From: Chitinophagaceae bacterium
GTDB taxonomy: Bacteria; Bacteroidota; Bacteroidia; Chitinophagales; Chitinophagaceae
Length of the DNA: 55,504 bases
NCBI GenBank assembly: GCA_025363075.1
Contig: JANYEP010000188.1
Span: 1 to 55,504, forward strand
Reading direction: 5' to 3'
The position numbers were made by a program, and so were the translations under genes. The notes below the pieces were generated by a model. The model did no database searches, was not told the origin of the DNA, and saw only the letters and a list, made by a program, of their open reading frames with translations. Shown here one piece after another: positions 9,804 through 19,996 of the stretch (position 1 is its first letter; every line of letters begins with the position of its first letter).

Positions 9804-11387
9804 TTATTTACTATTAGTTTTTAGTTTTTTGCTAATCAAATCGTCTATTTGATGTATTGTTAAATTCTTCCCAATAATTCTTTTTTCTGCGTCTAACAAA
9901 TAGAAAATAGGTGTTTTATTTAAGTCATATCCTTGTCTAAAATTTGGCACACCTGCTTTTTCTGTAGCTTCTTTTGCAGCTCTAGTTTCATAGGTGTAAT
10001 ACCAATCTTTTGGAAGATTTTTTTCTATAATAAATTTCTTCAACTCTGGTAATAAATCGTCTTTAGAAATGGCACTGTAAACTTTTACATCCAAGTTCTT
10101 CCATTTGGCTCTGTAAATAGAATCCAACACAGGAATTTCTTGTCTGCAATGTCCACAAGTTGGATCCCAATAAGCAAATAAAGTGAACTTGTTTTTTAGG
10201 CTATAAAGAGAAATCACTTTGCCTGTAGTATCAGTTAAATCAAGTGGTGGAGCAACGCTGCCAAGTTGATTAAGCATCATACTGTAACCCCGGTCAATAA
10301 TGGTTTTCTTTGATTTGGTGTCCAATAAAGTTGTATCACCATGTAAATAATAATCGGTGAATAAATGAACAAAAACTTTGTCTTGTCCCATATATTCTGG
10401 ATTAATGTATTTGTTGGTAAACTTCGTTAAAAGATAAGCATACATTTCTTTTGAATCCCTTGAAGAAAGCAACATATATTGTATTTCTGGAATAATGCTG
10501 TCGGACTCTGGAGAAACATAATACTTCAAATATTCGTCAATCTTTGGCTCAAAAAAAGGAGTACGCAATAAACGCTCATCTGCAAAAACCACATCATCCC
10601 AATAATGATCTTTCACAAAACGATAAGGGTAAGTTGAGTCTGCTTTTTTAGTAATTGGGTCAACTGGAATTGCTGGTGCTTCTGGTCTTCTCATTGCTGC
10701 AAGCAAAGCACTCATTAATGTGTTTGGGTTTTTTTCTATTATATCATCTCTTACTTTCAATAATTCTGCATTTTTTTCTTTCATCGCTGTTCTGATTTTT
10801 GCAGAATCAGCAGTAGTTTTTGCATCTTTTAAAGTCCCGCTTAAATTATTGATTATAGTGCCAATTTCAGAAGTGCTTTTGGAGTAGCTTTTAAATAAAT
10901 CATTATCAACTGATCCTGTAATTTCAAACTTATCTTTTTGTGTAGTATCGCCTGTAATATGGAAGTTTTGCTGATTGCCAACCAATACTTCAAACTGAAT
11001 GCTATATGCCTGAGAAACCACAAAATAAATTCCACCAACTAATTTTTTTGCTCCTTTAAAATGCCCTTTACAGCTCTCATCTAATTTACAAGAGTCCATA
11101 ATGGCTTTGCCTTTTCCATAATAACATCCTAAATAAACCTTTTGATTTTTTGCAGGGTTAAGTGTAATAGAAATATCGTGTCCACCATCATTTACTGCTG
11201 GTTTTTCAACAGTTGCAATTGTTTTTTTTGTAGGAGCTACAACAGTTTTATTTGTTGTAGGTTTTGCTGTTGTTGATTTTTTTGCTTGAGAAAATCCTGA
11301 TACAAGAATTAGTAAGGATAATGATAAAGTAAACGCTTGCTTCATATTCATATTAATTTTTGAGGGCGTAAATGTACGCAAAAACAT
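9804..11387 (-). CDS. TlpA/thioredoxin-like thiol:disulfide oxidoreductase domain protein
   Basis: C-terminal thioredoxin fold with active site WDPTCGHC. The signal peptide begins near the internal Met codons at 11351/11345, so the true start is probably one of those. Confidence 0.7.
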   Translation of the reverse strand: MFLRTFTPSKINMNMKQAFTLSLSLLILVSGFSQAKKSTTAKPTTNKTVVAPTKKTIATVEKPAVNDGGHDISITLNPAKNQKVYLGCYYGKGKAIMDSCKLDESCKGHFKGAKKLVGGIYFVVSQAYSIQFEVLVGNQQNFHITGDTTQKDKFEITGSVDNDLFKSYSKSTSEIGTIINNLSGTLKDAKTTADSAKIRTAMKEKNAELLKVRDDIIEKNPNTLMSALLAAMRRPEAPAIPVDPITKKADSTYPYRFVKDHYWDDVVFADERLLRTPFFEPKIDEYLKYYVSPESDSIIPEIQYMLLSSRDSKEMYAYLLTKFTNKYINPEYMGQDKVFVHLFTDYYLHGDTTLLDTKSKKTIIDRGYSMMLNQLGSVAPPLDLTDTTGKVISLYSLKNKFTLFAYWDPTCGHCRQEIPVLDSIYRAKWKNLDVKVYSAISKDDLLPELKKFIIEKNLPKDWYYTYETRAAKEATEKAGVPNFRQGYDLNKTPIFYLLDAEKRIIGKNLTIHQIDDLISKKLKTNSK

Positions 11388-11535
11388 ATTTTTTTGTTGG
11401 AGTACAAATACTTTAAAACAATTTTTTGCGATATTGGCAAAGATTAAGCCATAAAATATAAAAATGCTGCCATTCTTCTGCTTCTGTTCAAGCTGTGTTA
11501 TGGTTGTAGCTTAATATTGCAGCATATTTTAGACG

Positions 11536-12774
11536 ATGATTCAATACAATAAATTTACTTTAGATAATGGCTTACGTGTTTTAATTCACGAAGATCACAG
11601 CACGCCAATGGCTGTTGTTAATGTGCTGTACGATGTGGGTGCAAAGGATGAAAACCCCAACCAGACTGGATTTGCACATTTATTTGAGCATTTAATGTTT
11701 GGTGGAAGCATTAATATTCCAGATTATGACGAGCCTTTGCAACGTGCAGGAGGAGAAAACAATGCCTACACAACAAACGATTTGACGAACTATTACTGTC
11801 AACTACCTGCTGAAAATTTAGAAACTGCAATGTGGCTCGAAAGTGATAGAATGTTAAGCCTAGCTTTTGGCAAAAAAAGTTTAGAAACACAGCGAAAAGT
11901 AGTTTGCGAAGAATTTAAAGAACACTACATTAATAAACCCTATGGTGATGTTTGGGCAAAAATGAGAGCCTTAACTTATAGTGTGCATCCTTATCAATGG
12001 ATGACAATTGGCAAAGAATTGAGCCACGTTGAAAATGCAACTTTGGATGATGTAAAAAACTTCTTTAAAAAACATTATTGCCCTGCAAATGCCATTCTTG
12101 TAATTGCAGGAAAAGTTGATACAGACAAAGCTTTAGAGCTATCAAATAAATGGTTTGGTTCAATTCCTAGTGGAGAAAAATATGTAAGAAATTTACCACA
12201 GGAACCAGTGCAAACTGCTGCAAAGGAATTAGAGATTAAGGCTGATGTTCCCTTAGATGCTTTGGTAAAAGCCTGGCATATTGATAGTAGATTGGAACAC
12301 GGATATTATGTTGCAGATTTAATAACAGAAGTTTTAGGAGGTGGTGGTTCATCTAGATTGTTTCAAAAATTAGTAAAGGAAAAGCAACTTTTTTCTAACC
12401 TTGATTGTTATCATTTTGGCAGCATAGAAAAAGGATTGCTTGCCATTGAAGGAAAGTTGGTTAAAGGAAAATCTGTGCAGGAAGCTGAAATTGCAATTGA
12501 TGAAGAGTTGCAAAAAATTATGACAGAAAAAATTTCTGAAGAAGAATTGCAGAAAGTGAAAAACAAAACCGAGAGTGTAATTGCTTTTGAAGATATGGCT
12601 TTAATGAGTAGGGCAAATAGTTTAGCAATGTACGAATTGCTTGGCGATGCAACGATGATGAATACTGAACTTGAAAAATATCAAGCCATTACAACAGATG
12701 ATATTTTGAAATACAGCAAATTAATATTTAACAAAAATAATAGTAACACACTACGATATCTTAGTAATAATTAG
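11536..12774 (+). CDS. M16 (pitrilysin) family zinc peptidase, active subunit
   Basis: Inverted zinc motif HxxEH present as HLFEHLMF, followed by a downstream Glu region. Confidence 0.85.
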   Translation: MIQYNKFTLDNGLRVLIHEDHSTPMAVVNVLYDVGAKDENPNQTGFAHLFEHLMFGGSINIPDYDEPLQRAGGENNAYTTNDLTNYYCQLPAENLETAMWLESDRMLSLAFGKKSLETQRKVVCEEFKEHYINKPYGDVWAKMRALTYSVHPYQWMTIGKELSHVENATLDDVKNFFKKHYCPANAILVIAGKVDTDKALELSNKWFGSIPSGEKYVRNLPQEPVQTAAKELEIKADVPLDALVKAWHIDSRLEHGYYVADLITEVLGGGGSSRLFQKLVKEKQLFSNLDCYHFGSIEKGLLAIEGKLVKGKSVQEAEIAIDEELQKIMTEKISEEELQKVKNKTESVIAFEDMALMSRANSLAMYELLGDATMMNTELEKYQAITTDDILKYSKLIFNKNNSNTLRYLSNN

Positions 12775-12789
12775 TGATACAAAAACACA

Positions 12790-14070
12790 ATGCTTAACAG
12801 AACAACACAACCACATATAACAGAACCAACGGAATTTAACCTGCACTTAAAGCCTTATCAACACTACGTTTTAGATAATGGTACAAATGTGTATGCAGTA
12901 GAAGCTGGTGAACAAGAAGTGCTTTCCCTTGAACTTGTTTTTAATGCAGGCAATTGGTACGAAGAAAAAAATATCATTGCAGCATCTACCAATTTTTTGT
13001 TGAAAAATGGAACAAACTCTAAAACGGCTTTTGAAATAAATGAACACTTTGATTTTTATGGTGCCTATTTAAACAGAAGTTGTTATAGTGAAACTGCTAC
13101 CATCACATTGCATTGCTTAAGCAAGCACCTGCATCACTTAACTCCTGTTGTTACAACACTCATTACAGATGCTGTTTTTCCAGAAAAAGAATTGGCTATT
13201 TACAAGCAAAATCAAAAGCAAAAACTGGAAGTTAATTTAAAGAAGTGCGACTTTGTTGCCAATCGTTTAATTGATGAATATTTGTTTGGCTTTCATCACC
13301 CGTATGGTCGCTACACTTCAACAATAGATTATGATGCAGTCGATAGAGAGAGCATTGTTGACTTTTATAAAAAATATTATACCCACGGTAATTGTAAAAT
13401 ATTTATTGCAGGAAAACTACCTGTTGGTTACGATAAAATATTGAACGAATCTTTTGGAAAACTTCCGTTTAACAATACCAATTTATTTCAAAAAGAAATT
13501 CATTCAGCTCCAGCCATTGAAAAAAAATACAACCTGATTAACGATGTAAATGGTGTGCAGGCTGCTGTGCGTATTGCAAGAAATTTTCCCAATAAACATC
13601 ATCCAGATTTTCAAAAAACATTGGTGTTGAATAATGTTTTTGGAGGATTTTTTGGCAGCCGTTTAATGAGCAACATTAGAGAGGATAAAGGTTACACTTA
13701 TGGCATTTATTCTTATTTACAAAACCATATTCACGAAAGTGCCTGGATGATAAGCACTGAATGTGGACGAGATGTAAGCACTGCAACCATTGATGAAGTG
13801 TATAAAGAAATGAAGATTTTGCACGAAACTTTAATTGATAAAGAGGAGCTTGATTTGGTGCGTAATTATATGCTTGGTACTTTGCTTGGCGACCTTGATG
13901 GTCCTTTTCAAATTATTAGTAGATGGAAGAGTTATATTTTAAATGGATTTACTGCCGATTATTTTAATAGTGCTATTAAAACTATTAAAACAGTTTCTGC
14001 TGAAGAACTACAAACCCTTGCAAAAAAATATTTGAACCCTGATGAATTTTTTGAATTGGTTGTTGTATAA
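12790..14070 (+). CDS. M16 family peptidase-like protein, non-catalytic partner
   Basis: M16 fold-like sequence lacking HxxEH, immediately downstream of the active M16 gene. This is the usual two-gene arrangement. Confidence 0.75.
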   Translation: MLNRTTQPHITEPTEFNLHLKPYQHYVLDNGTNVYAVEAGEQEVLSLELVFNAGNWYEEKNIIAASTNFLLKNGTNSKTAFEINEHFDFYGAYLNRSCYSETATITLHCLSKHLHHLTPVVTTLITDAVFPEKELAIYKQNQKQKLEVNLKKCDFVANRLIDEYLFGFHHPYGRYTSTIDYDAVDRESIVDFYKKYYTHGNCKIFIAGKLPVGYDKILNESFGKLPFNNTNLFQKEIHSAPAIEKKYNLINDVNGVQAAVRIARNFPNKHHPDFQKTLVLNNVFGGFFGSRLMSNIREDKGYTYGIYSYLQNHIHESAWMISTECGRDVSTATIDEVYKEMKILHETLIDKEELDLVRNYMLGTLLGDLDGPFQIISRWKSYILNGFTADYFNSAIKTIKTVSAEELQTLAKKYLNPDEFFELVVV

Positions 14071-14079
14071 ATTTGATAT

Positions 14080-14466
14080 ATGATTAAGTTTATTACAAAA
14101 GCCATTACTACTTCGCTAGCTGTAATATTTGCTGCATATATTTTGCGTGGCGTTCACGTTAAAGACACTTTAACAGCAATGATAGTAGCTATTGTTTTGG
14201 GTTTGCTGAACACATTTGTAAAACCCATTCTTGTGGTGCTTACCATTCCTATCACACTTGTTACACTTGGATTTTTTTTACTAGTTATTAACGTACTAAT
14301 AGTTTATTGGGCATCAGAATTGGTGGAAGGTTTTAGAGTTGATGGCTGGGGATGGGCTTTATTATTCAGCCTTATTGTTTCGTTTGTTTCCAGCATTATT
14401 GAGAGGCTAATTAATAAATATGGTAAGGACAGACGTGATACAAGATTTGATGGTCAAGAGTTTTAG
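14080..14466 (+). CDS. DUF360 / 'phage holin family 4'-type small membrane protein
   Basis: Four predicted TM helices. The FVKPILVVLTIPITLVTLGFFLLVINVL block is typical of this chromosomal family. Confidence 0.65.
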   Translation: MIKFITKAITTSLAVIFAAYILRGVHVKDTLTAMIVAIVLGLLNTFVKPILVVLTIPITLVTLGFFLLVINVLIVYWASELVEGFRVDGWGWALLFSLIVSFVSSIIERLINKYGKDRRDTRFDGQEF

Positions 14467-14472
14467 TATTAG

Positions 14473-15381
14473 TTAAAACAGTTCGGTTTGCTTGTTTACA
14501 AAAACAGGTTTTTGCAGGTTTAATTTACATGCATCGTTTAATTTATCTACCATATATGCGGTAAGTTCAGGTGAAAATGCTTCGTCGTGCATATGCATAA
14601 AAAAGTAAACCTCTTCAATGCCTTTATCTATCCAGTATTTTATTTTATCTATCCATTCATCAACCCTTGTATAATCTGTTGGATGAAGACTATTGCCTAC
14701 GTATCTTATAAATGTTTTTGGAACTGTGAGATGTAAATGATTGCAATTCCTTCTACCACTGGTATCAGTTATTACTGCACCTAAATTATTATCCTTTAAA
14801 AAAGTAAATAACTCGTTTCCTATATCATCATTTGTAAACCAATCAGGATGTCTTACTTCAAGAAAAAATTGTAAGTCGGTTGGCAATGATTTAAGATAAG
14901 TAAATAAATCTTCTTTTCTATTGGGAGAAAATGTGTCGCTTACCTGCACAAATATTGGCCCCAAGTGTTCTTTAAAAGCTGCTATACCTTTTAAAAATTC
15001 ATCGCTGATAACTTGTTTATTACTTAATGTACCACAATGCGTAACACCTTGATACATTTTAGGGCAAAATATAAAGTCTTTACCAGATGCTTTTTCTGCC
15101 CATTTTGCAATACTTTTTTCATCGTAAATCTTATAGTGGGTAGCGTTTAACTCTATACAGTTATAATGTTGTACATAGTGTTTCAGAAAATTTTTTTCGC
15201 TTGTTTTAGGTGGGTAAATTTTGCCAATCCATTCCTTTCTCCCCCATTTAGCACAACCAAGATAAACCTTTGGGTGCTTAGTTTTTTTACCACTTAAAAC
15301 CTTTGTGTTAAAGGCTGGTTCTTTAAGCAATGTAAAATCTATGCTATCCAATTCCTTTTCATCGACACGTCCAAATTCCAT
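14473..15381 (-). CDS. DUF72 family protein
   Basis: Size and the pattern YLGCAKWGRKEWIGKIYP...YNCIELNATHYK resemble DUF72 (YecE-like) proteins. Confidence 0.6.
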   Translation of the reverse strand: MEFGRVDEKELDSIDFTLLKEPAFNTKVLSGKKTKHPKVYLGCAKWGRKEWIGKIYPPKTSEKNFLKHYVQHYNCIELNATHYKIYDEKSIAKWAEKASGKDFIFCPKMYQGVTHCGTLSNKQVISDEFLKGIAAFKEHLGPIFVQVSDTFSPNRKEDLFTYLKSLPTDLQFFLEVRHPDWFTNDDIGNELFTFLKDNNLGAVITDTSGRRNCNHLHLTVPKTFIRYVGNSLHPTDYTRVDEWIDKIKYWIDKGIEEVYFFMHMHDEAFSPELTAYMVDKLNDACKLNLQKPVFVNKQTELF

Positions 15382-15443
15382 AAAATTATTTTGGGTTTAT
15401 TAGTTGCGTTATTTTAACGACTAAGCCAATAAAATAACGATAG

Positions 15444-15460
15444 CGAAGCTACAAGCTTCG
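15444..15460 (-). terminator. Hairpin downstream of the LysE-like gene (operon end)
   Basis: cgaagct aca agcttcg, a 7-bp stem, followed by a second 10-bp inverted repeat (15406-15415 / 15431-15440). Confidence 0.45.
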
Positions 15461-15479
15461 TAGAGAGCGTGTTTGTTAT

Positions 15480-16061
15480 TTATTTAAAGGTTATGTGATA
15501 CATAAAGACAATGATGTAAAATACACCAATGATTTTATTAATTTTTTGCATATTCAGTTTAAAATACAACAATAGCCTATTGCCAATTATCATATAAAAA
15601 AGCATTATTAAAAGTGTGCCAATTGCATTGAATAGCATAAAAAATAATAGGTTGCTATGAGTTACTTTATAGTTTAATAATTGTGACATTATTGTTGTGA
15701 TAACTAACCAAAAAACAATTTGCTGCGGATGAAAAAATATATAGAATAAACCTCTTTTTTGAGTGTTTTTTGCAATATCAACATCGCTTTTATTTTCAAA
15801 AATCATCCAAACCCCCATTACTAAAAGTAACAAATTTGAAGCTATGTTTAGGTATATCAACAAGTCGTTTTGGTGTTGTATTTTATTTAGTAGAGTTACA
15901 GAAAAGTACAGATATACGCTCTCGAATAATACAATGAGAAACAATATAAAATATAGCTGCGTCTTTTGCTTTGATTGATACAGTTGCAATACCATTAAAT
16001 TAATATTTCCAGGAAATAAATAACCATAAAATCCAGTTACTATGCCAATTACATTCATCAT
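15480..16061 (-). CDS. LysE/RhtB-like small-molecule exporter (putative)
   Basis: 193 aa, about six TM helices, with an N-terminal PGNINLMVL resembling the LysE PGPxN motif. Confidence 0.5.
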   Translation of the reverse strand: MMNVIGIVTGFYGYLFPGNINLMVLQLYQSKQKTQLYFILFLIVLFESVYLYFSVTLLNKIQHQNDLLIYLNIASNLLLLVMGVWMIFENKSDVDIAKNTQKRGLFYIFFHPQQIVFWLVITTIMSQLLNYKVTHSNLLFFMLFNAIGTLLIMLFYMIIGNRLLLYFKLNMQKINKIIGVFYIIVFMYHITFK

Positions 16062-16062
16062 A

Positions 16063-17118
16063 TCAGGCTACTTTTTGTTTAAACTCTTTTTCTTGTTTTC
16101 TCCAACTTTTAAAATCGCTATAACTCATATAAGCAACGCCTTTTTTATTGTTGAGGGTTGATGCTTGATATAACATTTTATAATGTTTGGCTATTACTTG
16201 TTGGGCTTTCAAGAAAGAAAAGTTAGGGTCGTAAATATGAGCAGGCTCTGCACCAGCACCATTCAACTCAAGTATTGAAATATTTCTACCCTCTTTCAAA
16301 TCTTCAATGCTGGTACAACGCAAATCAAATCTGCCAAAATAGAAACCATCAATTTGCTTGCTTATTTCATTAAAAGTTTTATTTAATTGCTCATCAATAA
16401 TGTGATTATAGTTGATAAACATTGCACCTAAAACGTGGTTACCATAAGGCACTAAAGTTTCTTCTTCATCTTTATTTAACACCTTTTCAAAGTTTATTGA
16501 TTTGTTATTTTTAAGATTTTGATATTGCAAAAAAGCTCTATCATTTTTTAGTATTAACTGCTCAATATTTAAAACTCCATCTCCTTTTACTGTTAGTAAT
16601 TTTTTTAAAGTAACAGATGTTACTTTTCCTTGATGCCTATTTGGATTTCTAAAATAAAAAACACTAAACTCTAAAGGATAATCAACGTAGGATTGAATTA
16701 GAAAGGGAATATTAATTTCATTAATGTAATCATTCAAAGCTTTTTTATCGCTTAATTTCTGTACGCACCAACCTCGTTCTCCTCGATCAGGTTTTGCAAT
16801 AATTGGAAAGGAAATATTATTTGTATTTAGCTTGTCCAATACAACATCTAAAGTGTCTGTATCTTTAATATAAATAGTTGAAGGAAAATATTTTTTAGGT
16901 ATGAGTTCGAATATTTTCCACTTGCTTTCAAAAAACATTCCTCCTGTTTCTATTGTAGGATTTGAAGCTGAGAAAAAGAAAAAAGACCTTGCTTTTATAG
17001 CAAGGAATATGTAATAAAAACTAACAGGGAAATATACAACCCACATTGGCCAATATTCCCAATTAGTGGTTTTAATATAGTATCTCCTAAGCTTAAAAAG
17101 TAACTTATTATTGCCCAT
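16063..17118 (-). CDS. Membrane-anchored ATP-grasp ligase (substrates unknown)
   Basis: N-terminal TM helix (WPMWVVYFPVSFYYIFLAI) followed by ATP-grasp blocks PIIAKPDRGERGWCV, FLIQSYVDYPLEFSVFYF and GRFDLRC...ISILELNGAGAEP. Confidence 0.7.
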   Translation of the reverse strand: MGNNKLLFKLRRYYIKTTNWEYWPMWVVYFPVSFYYIFLAIKARSFFFFSASNPTIETGGMFFESKWKIFELIPKKYFPSTIYIKDTDTLDVVLDKLNTNNISFPIIAKPDRGERGWCVQKLSDKKALNDYINEINIPFLIQSYVDYPLEFSVFYFRNPNRHQGKVTSVTLKKLLTVKGDGVLNIEQLILKNDRAFLQYQNLKNNKSINFEKVLNKDEEETLVPYGNHVLGAMFINYNHIIDEQLNKTFNEISKQIDGFYFGRFDLRCTSIEDLKEGRNISILELNGAGAEPAHIYDPNFSFLKAQQVIAKHYKMLYQASTLNNKKGVAYMSYSDFKSWRKQEKEFKQKVA

Positions 17119-17126
17119 AATTTAAA

Positions 17127-17879
17127 CTAAAACTTGGTCTTGTTTAGCAACATACAACTTGATAAACTTTTATCAATACTCATATCAACACTGGTAAACT
17201 TATAATCAATAAAATCGTAGTGGCTAAAGCAAGCAGTTTGGTGATGTTGTAGTTCAATGAAAGAGTAACTGATTGTTTTCATTGTTGCACTTCTGTCTAT
17301 AATAAATCCATTTTTTTTATCGTCAAAAGACTTGAAAAAGTTTAACAAACTAAGTTTTGAAATAGGTGGATTCATTGCTATCCAATTATCAAACATATCT
17401 TTTCTTTTAGCTTTTGCATTGTTTGAATAAAGCGTTGATGATGAAAAAATATGTGGGATGGTAGCATCTAATAATATTCTTGTTTTATTTGTTCCATCCC
17501 ATAGTAATTGAAATAAATTATCATCGCTAAAAACAATTAAGGTAAAGGGCTCAATATCTGTTAGGTTCATTAAATTCCAATCTACAACAGGCAATTCGCA
17601 ACTTAATAATTCACGTACAATTAAACCCCTGCTTTTTCTATAAAAACTTTTACGAGTATGATTTTCAAAGCTGCCATTTAACAAAATAATTACATTGTTA
17701 AAATCATTTACACCTATCCAAGTGCCACCAGCAAAAGCATCAATTGGCGATATGAATTTTATTTCATCATCATCATTTATTTGTGGCATAGATGCTTTGG
17801 GTCTTATGGGACTTTCATCTCTTAAAGAAGCAAAATAACCTGTGCCACTATTGTTGGGTATATAAACTACTGTACACAT
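17127..17879 (-). CDS. NRDE (TANGO2-like) family protein
   Basis: Begins MCT (Cys2); LRDE in place of the NRDE motif; GGTWIGVN and SRGLIVRELL blocks. Confidence 0.7.
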   Translation of the reverse strand: MCTVVYIPNNSGTGYFASLRDESPIRPKASMPQINDDDEIKFISPIDAFAGGTWIGVNDFNNVIILLNGSFENHTRKSFYRKSRGLIVRELLSCELPVVDWNLMNLTDIEPFTLIVFSDDNLFQLLWDGTNKTRILLDATIPHIFSSSTLYSNNAKAKRKDMFDNWIAMNPPISKLSLLNFFKSFDDKKNGFIIDRSATMKTISYSFIELQHHQTACFSHYDFIDYKFTSVDMSIDKSLSSCMLLNKTKF

Positions 17880-17890
17880 ATTATTTATTT

Positions 17891-18523
17891 TTAAAAACCA
17901 AATCTTGTTCCTATTAAAATAGATAATGCCTGTGGCTTGCTATCTTGAACTGTAATATTTGCAGTCCAATAAGAAGCATCAACATAAATTGTTTGTAGTA
18001 CTTTAGACTTTGTTTTATATCCCAATCTTAATCCACCTCTGGTAAACAATCCACTCATTCTTGTTACTTCTTGCGTTATAACATTAGTGGTGTTGTTTAT
18101 AGTTAATCTTGGCTCGCCAATATTAGCATAGCCTAATCCTAAATATGGTGAAACAAATAAACTTCCAGACTTATTGATGCCAATATTTCTCCCTACATTA
18201 AAGCCTACTAAAAATACAGAGCTACTTGTGTTTTGAAATAAGTAATTTGAACTTGCATCTTTAATTTGTTGGTCATAATTTATTGCATTAAAATCCAAGA
18301 CAAATTGTGCGAAATAATTTTTACTAAACTTGTGTTCTATTCCAGAATTCAATGCCAGTGAGGTTTTGTAAGCATTTGAAAATTTAGACAATGGTGTTAG
18401 TATTCCTACAGATGTTGTAAAAAAAGTCTTTGAAGTATCTTGTGCTGTAGCATTGATAACAGAAGAACTAACAACAATTATCAAAACAATTTTTATAGCT
18501 ATATTAATTTTTATCTTATGCAT
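17891..18523 (-). CDS. Small outer-membrane beta-barrel protein
   Basis: Signal peptide from ATG 18523 (MHKIKINIAIKIVLIIVV...), alternating beta-strand pattern, C-terminal ...LIGTRFGF. The track's longer start at 18568 would overlap the upstream gene by 53 nt. Confidence 0.6.
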   Translation of the reverse strand: MHKIKINIAIKIVLIIVVSSSVINATAQDTSKTFFTTSVGILTPLSKFSNAYKTSLALNSGIEHKFSKNYFAQFVLDFNAINYDQQIKDASSNYLFQNTSSSVFLVGFNVGRNIGINKSGSLFVSPYLGLGYANIGEPRLTINNTTNVITQEVTRMSGLFTRGGLRLGYKTKSKVLQTIYVDASYWTANITVQDSKPQALSILIGTRFGF

Positions 18524-19016
18524 TTTGTAATGATGATTGGTATTTAATAGTAGAATAAGCCATACCAAAATTGGTATCTACCATATTTAATTTTAGTTCA
18601 ATCAAAGCAACTTTTATAAGTGCAAAATGATGAATAGTATGTTCTATATTATATACTATTTCTCTAAAATAAGTTGTGGTTACAATTGGTTCATTTGAAT
18701 CATCATTACTCTCGATTGTCAGTTTTAATTTTTTATCTGGCAATTGATAATATTGTTCAAGACTTGCCAACACACTCAATGCAATTTCCTTATTGGTTTC
18801 TAAATCAAGATTTCTTTTTCTATTGATATAATCAACTGTGCCAGTGTGGTAGCCATCAATTGCACATTGTAATAGTTCAATAATATGTCTTGTATGTCCA
18901 CCAATATTTGCATTGCCTAAATGCTCAACTTTTTTTGTAAATTGATGCTGGGTCAATGACTCAATTAGATTTTTTAGCGATGCTATTTGCTGCGATAGTT
19001 GTTGAAATATCATCAT
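18516..19016 (-). CDS. DinB-family protein
   Basis: Four-helix-bundle-sized protein with a His triad pattern (GGHTRHIIELL ... IEHTIHHFALI). Confidence 0.65.
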   Translation of the reverse strand: MMIFQQLSQQIASLKNLIESLTQHQFTKKVEHLGNANIGGHTRHIIELLQCAIDGYHTGTVDYINRKRNLDLETNKEIALSVLASLEQYYQLPDKKLKLTIESNDDSNEPIVTTTYFREIVYNIEHTIHHFALIKVALIELKLNMVDTNFGMAYSTIKYQSSLQNA

Positions 19017-19023
19017 TATTAGT

Positions 19024-19428
19024 TTATTTATTAAGCAATTTTGATTTTAGTTGGTTCAACAAATTCAAGCCTTGTTGTTTCTGCATAAAAGCAATTACAA
19101 TACACAAAATCATTACAATAATTGCAAGCATAAAAAGCTGCCCACCATCTCCCTTAGATTCAATGCCAATAACAGTTAGGTGAGATAATATTGCCCCAGA
19201 CATTAAACCAATTCCTAAAAAAGCACCAATAAAAGCAGTCGCAGGAATTAATAAAATAATACCTGTAATTAACTCAATAATACCTGTTCCAATTCGTCCC
19301 CAAGGTTCAACGCCCAGTTTAGTAAACAGCTCAACCGATTCAGGATGACCCGTAAATTTAAAATACAGTGTTTGCAATAAAATAGCAGCAGCTGCTACAC
19401 GTAATATCCAGGAAATAATATTTTTCAT
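19024..19428 (-). CDS. DoxX-family membrane protein
   Basis: 134 aa with four TM helices. ILLQTLYFKFTGHPESVELFTKLG is typical of DoxX. Confidence 0.7.
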   Translation of the reverse strand: MKNIISWILRVAAAAILLQTLYFKFTGHPESVELFTKLGVEPWGRIGTGIIELITGIILLIPATAFIGAFLGIGLMSGAILSHLTVIGIESKGDGGQLFMLAIIVMILCIVIAFMQKQQGLNLLNQLKSKLLNK

Positions 19429-19447
19429 TTTAGTTGGTTTAGTTTGA

Positions 19448-19909
19448 TTATTTAAATGTGCTCATCCAGCTTTTATCAGCCTTTGATTTTAAGTTAGTTT
19501 CATCCTTATTCCATTTGTTTAGAGTGTTATTAACCCAAGAGTGATAAAACAAATAAAGTTTGCCATTGAGTACTTTAAAAGTCTCTGGATCTACTTCTAC
19601 TTTTTCGCCAGTTGCACCCATTGCATAGGCACACCATCCACCATATTGTGGTTCGTAGTTTTTAGGGTTTTTTACAAATAAATCTTTGTTAGCAGCAGAA
19701 GAAAAATTGTAAGTAATTCCTTCAACAGTTGCAGCAAATTGTTTATTACCCTTTACTGCTTTGTTTTGATTAATATATGCAACTGGGTCGTAGCCTTGAA
19801 TGGCAATCCCTTTTTCAACATTAAAGTGTTTTGTTCTTAATGGTGATTGTGCATTGGCAAATCCAATGGTAATAATTGTTGCAATGAATGCTGTTAAAAT
19901 GTGTTTCAT
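19448..19909 (-). CDS. YHS-domain protein with signal peptide
   Basis: GYDPVAY...FSSAANKDLFVKNPKNYEPQYGGWCAYAM matches the YHS-domain family. Confidence 0.7.
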   Translation of the reverse strand: MKHILTAFIATIITIGFANAQSPLRTKHFNVEKGIAIQGYDPVAYINQNKAVKGNKQFAATVEGITYNFSSAANKDLFVKNPKNYEPQYGGWCAYAMGATGEKVEVDPETFKVLNGKLYLFYHSWVNNTLNKWNKDETNLKSKADKSWMSTFK

Positions 19910-19996
19910 TTTTTTGTTTGATTTAATAATGCAAAAATGCTAAGAGAGCATAGGGCTTGCAATAGACATAGTTCCCTATCACTTGTATATTCTTCC

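Noticed and set aside
14080-14466. 'Phage holin family 4'-type gene as a hint of a prophage
   Set aside because: No capsid, tail, integrase or lysin genes occur nearby. The gene follows the M16 peptidase pair in a housekeeping context, and DUF360 proteins are widespread chromosomal membrane proteins.
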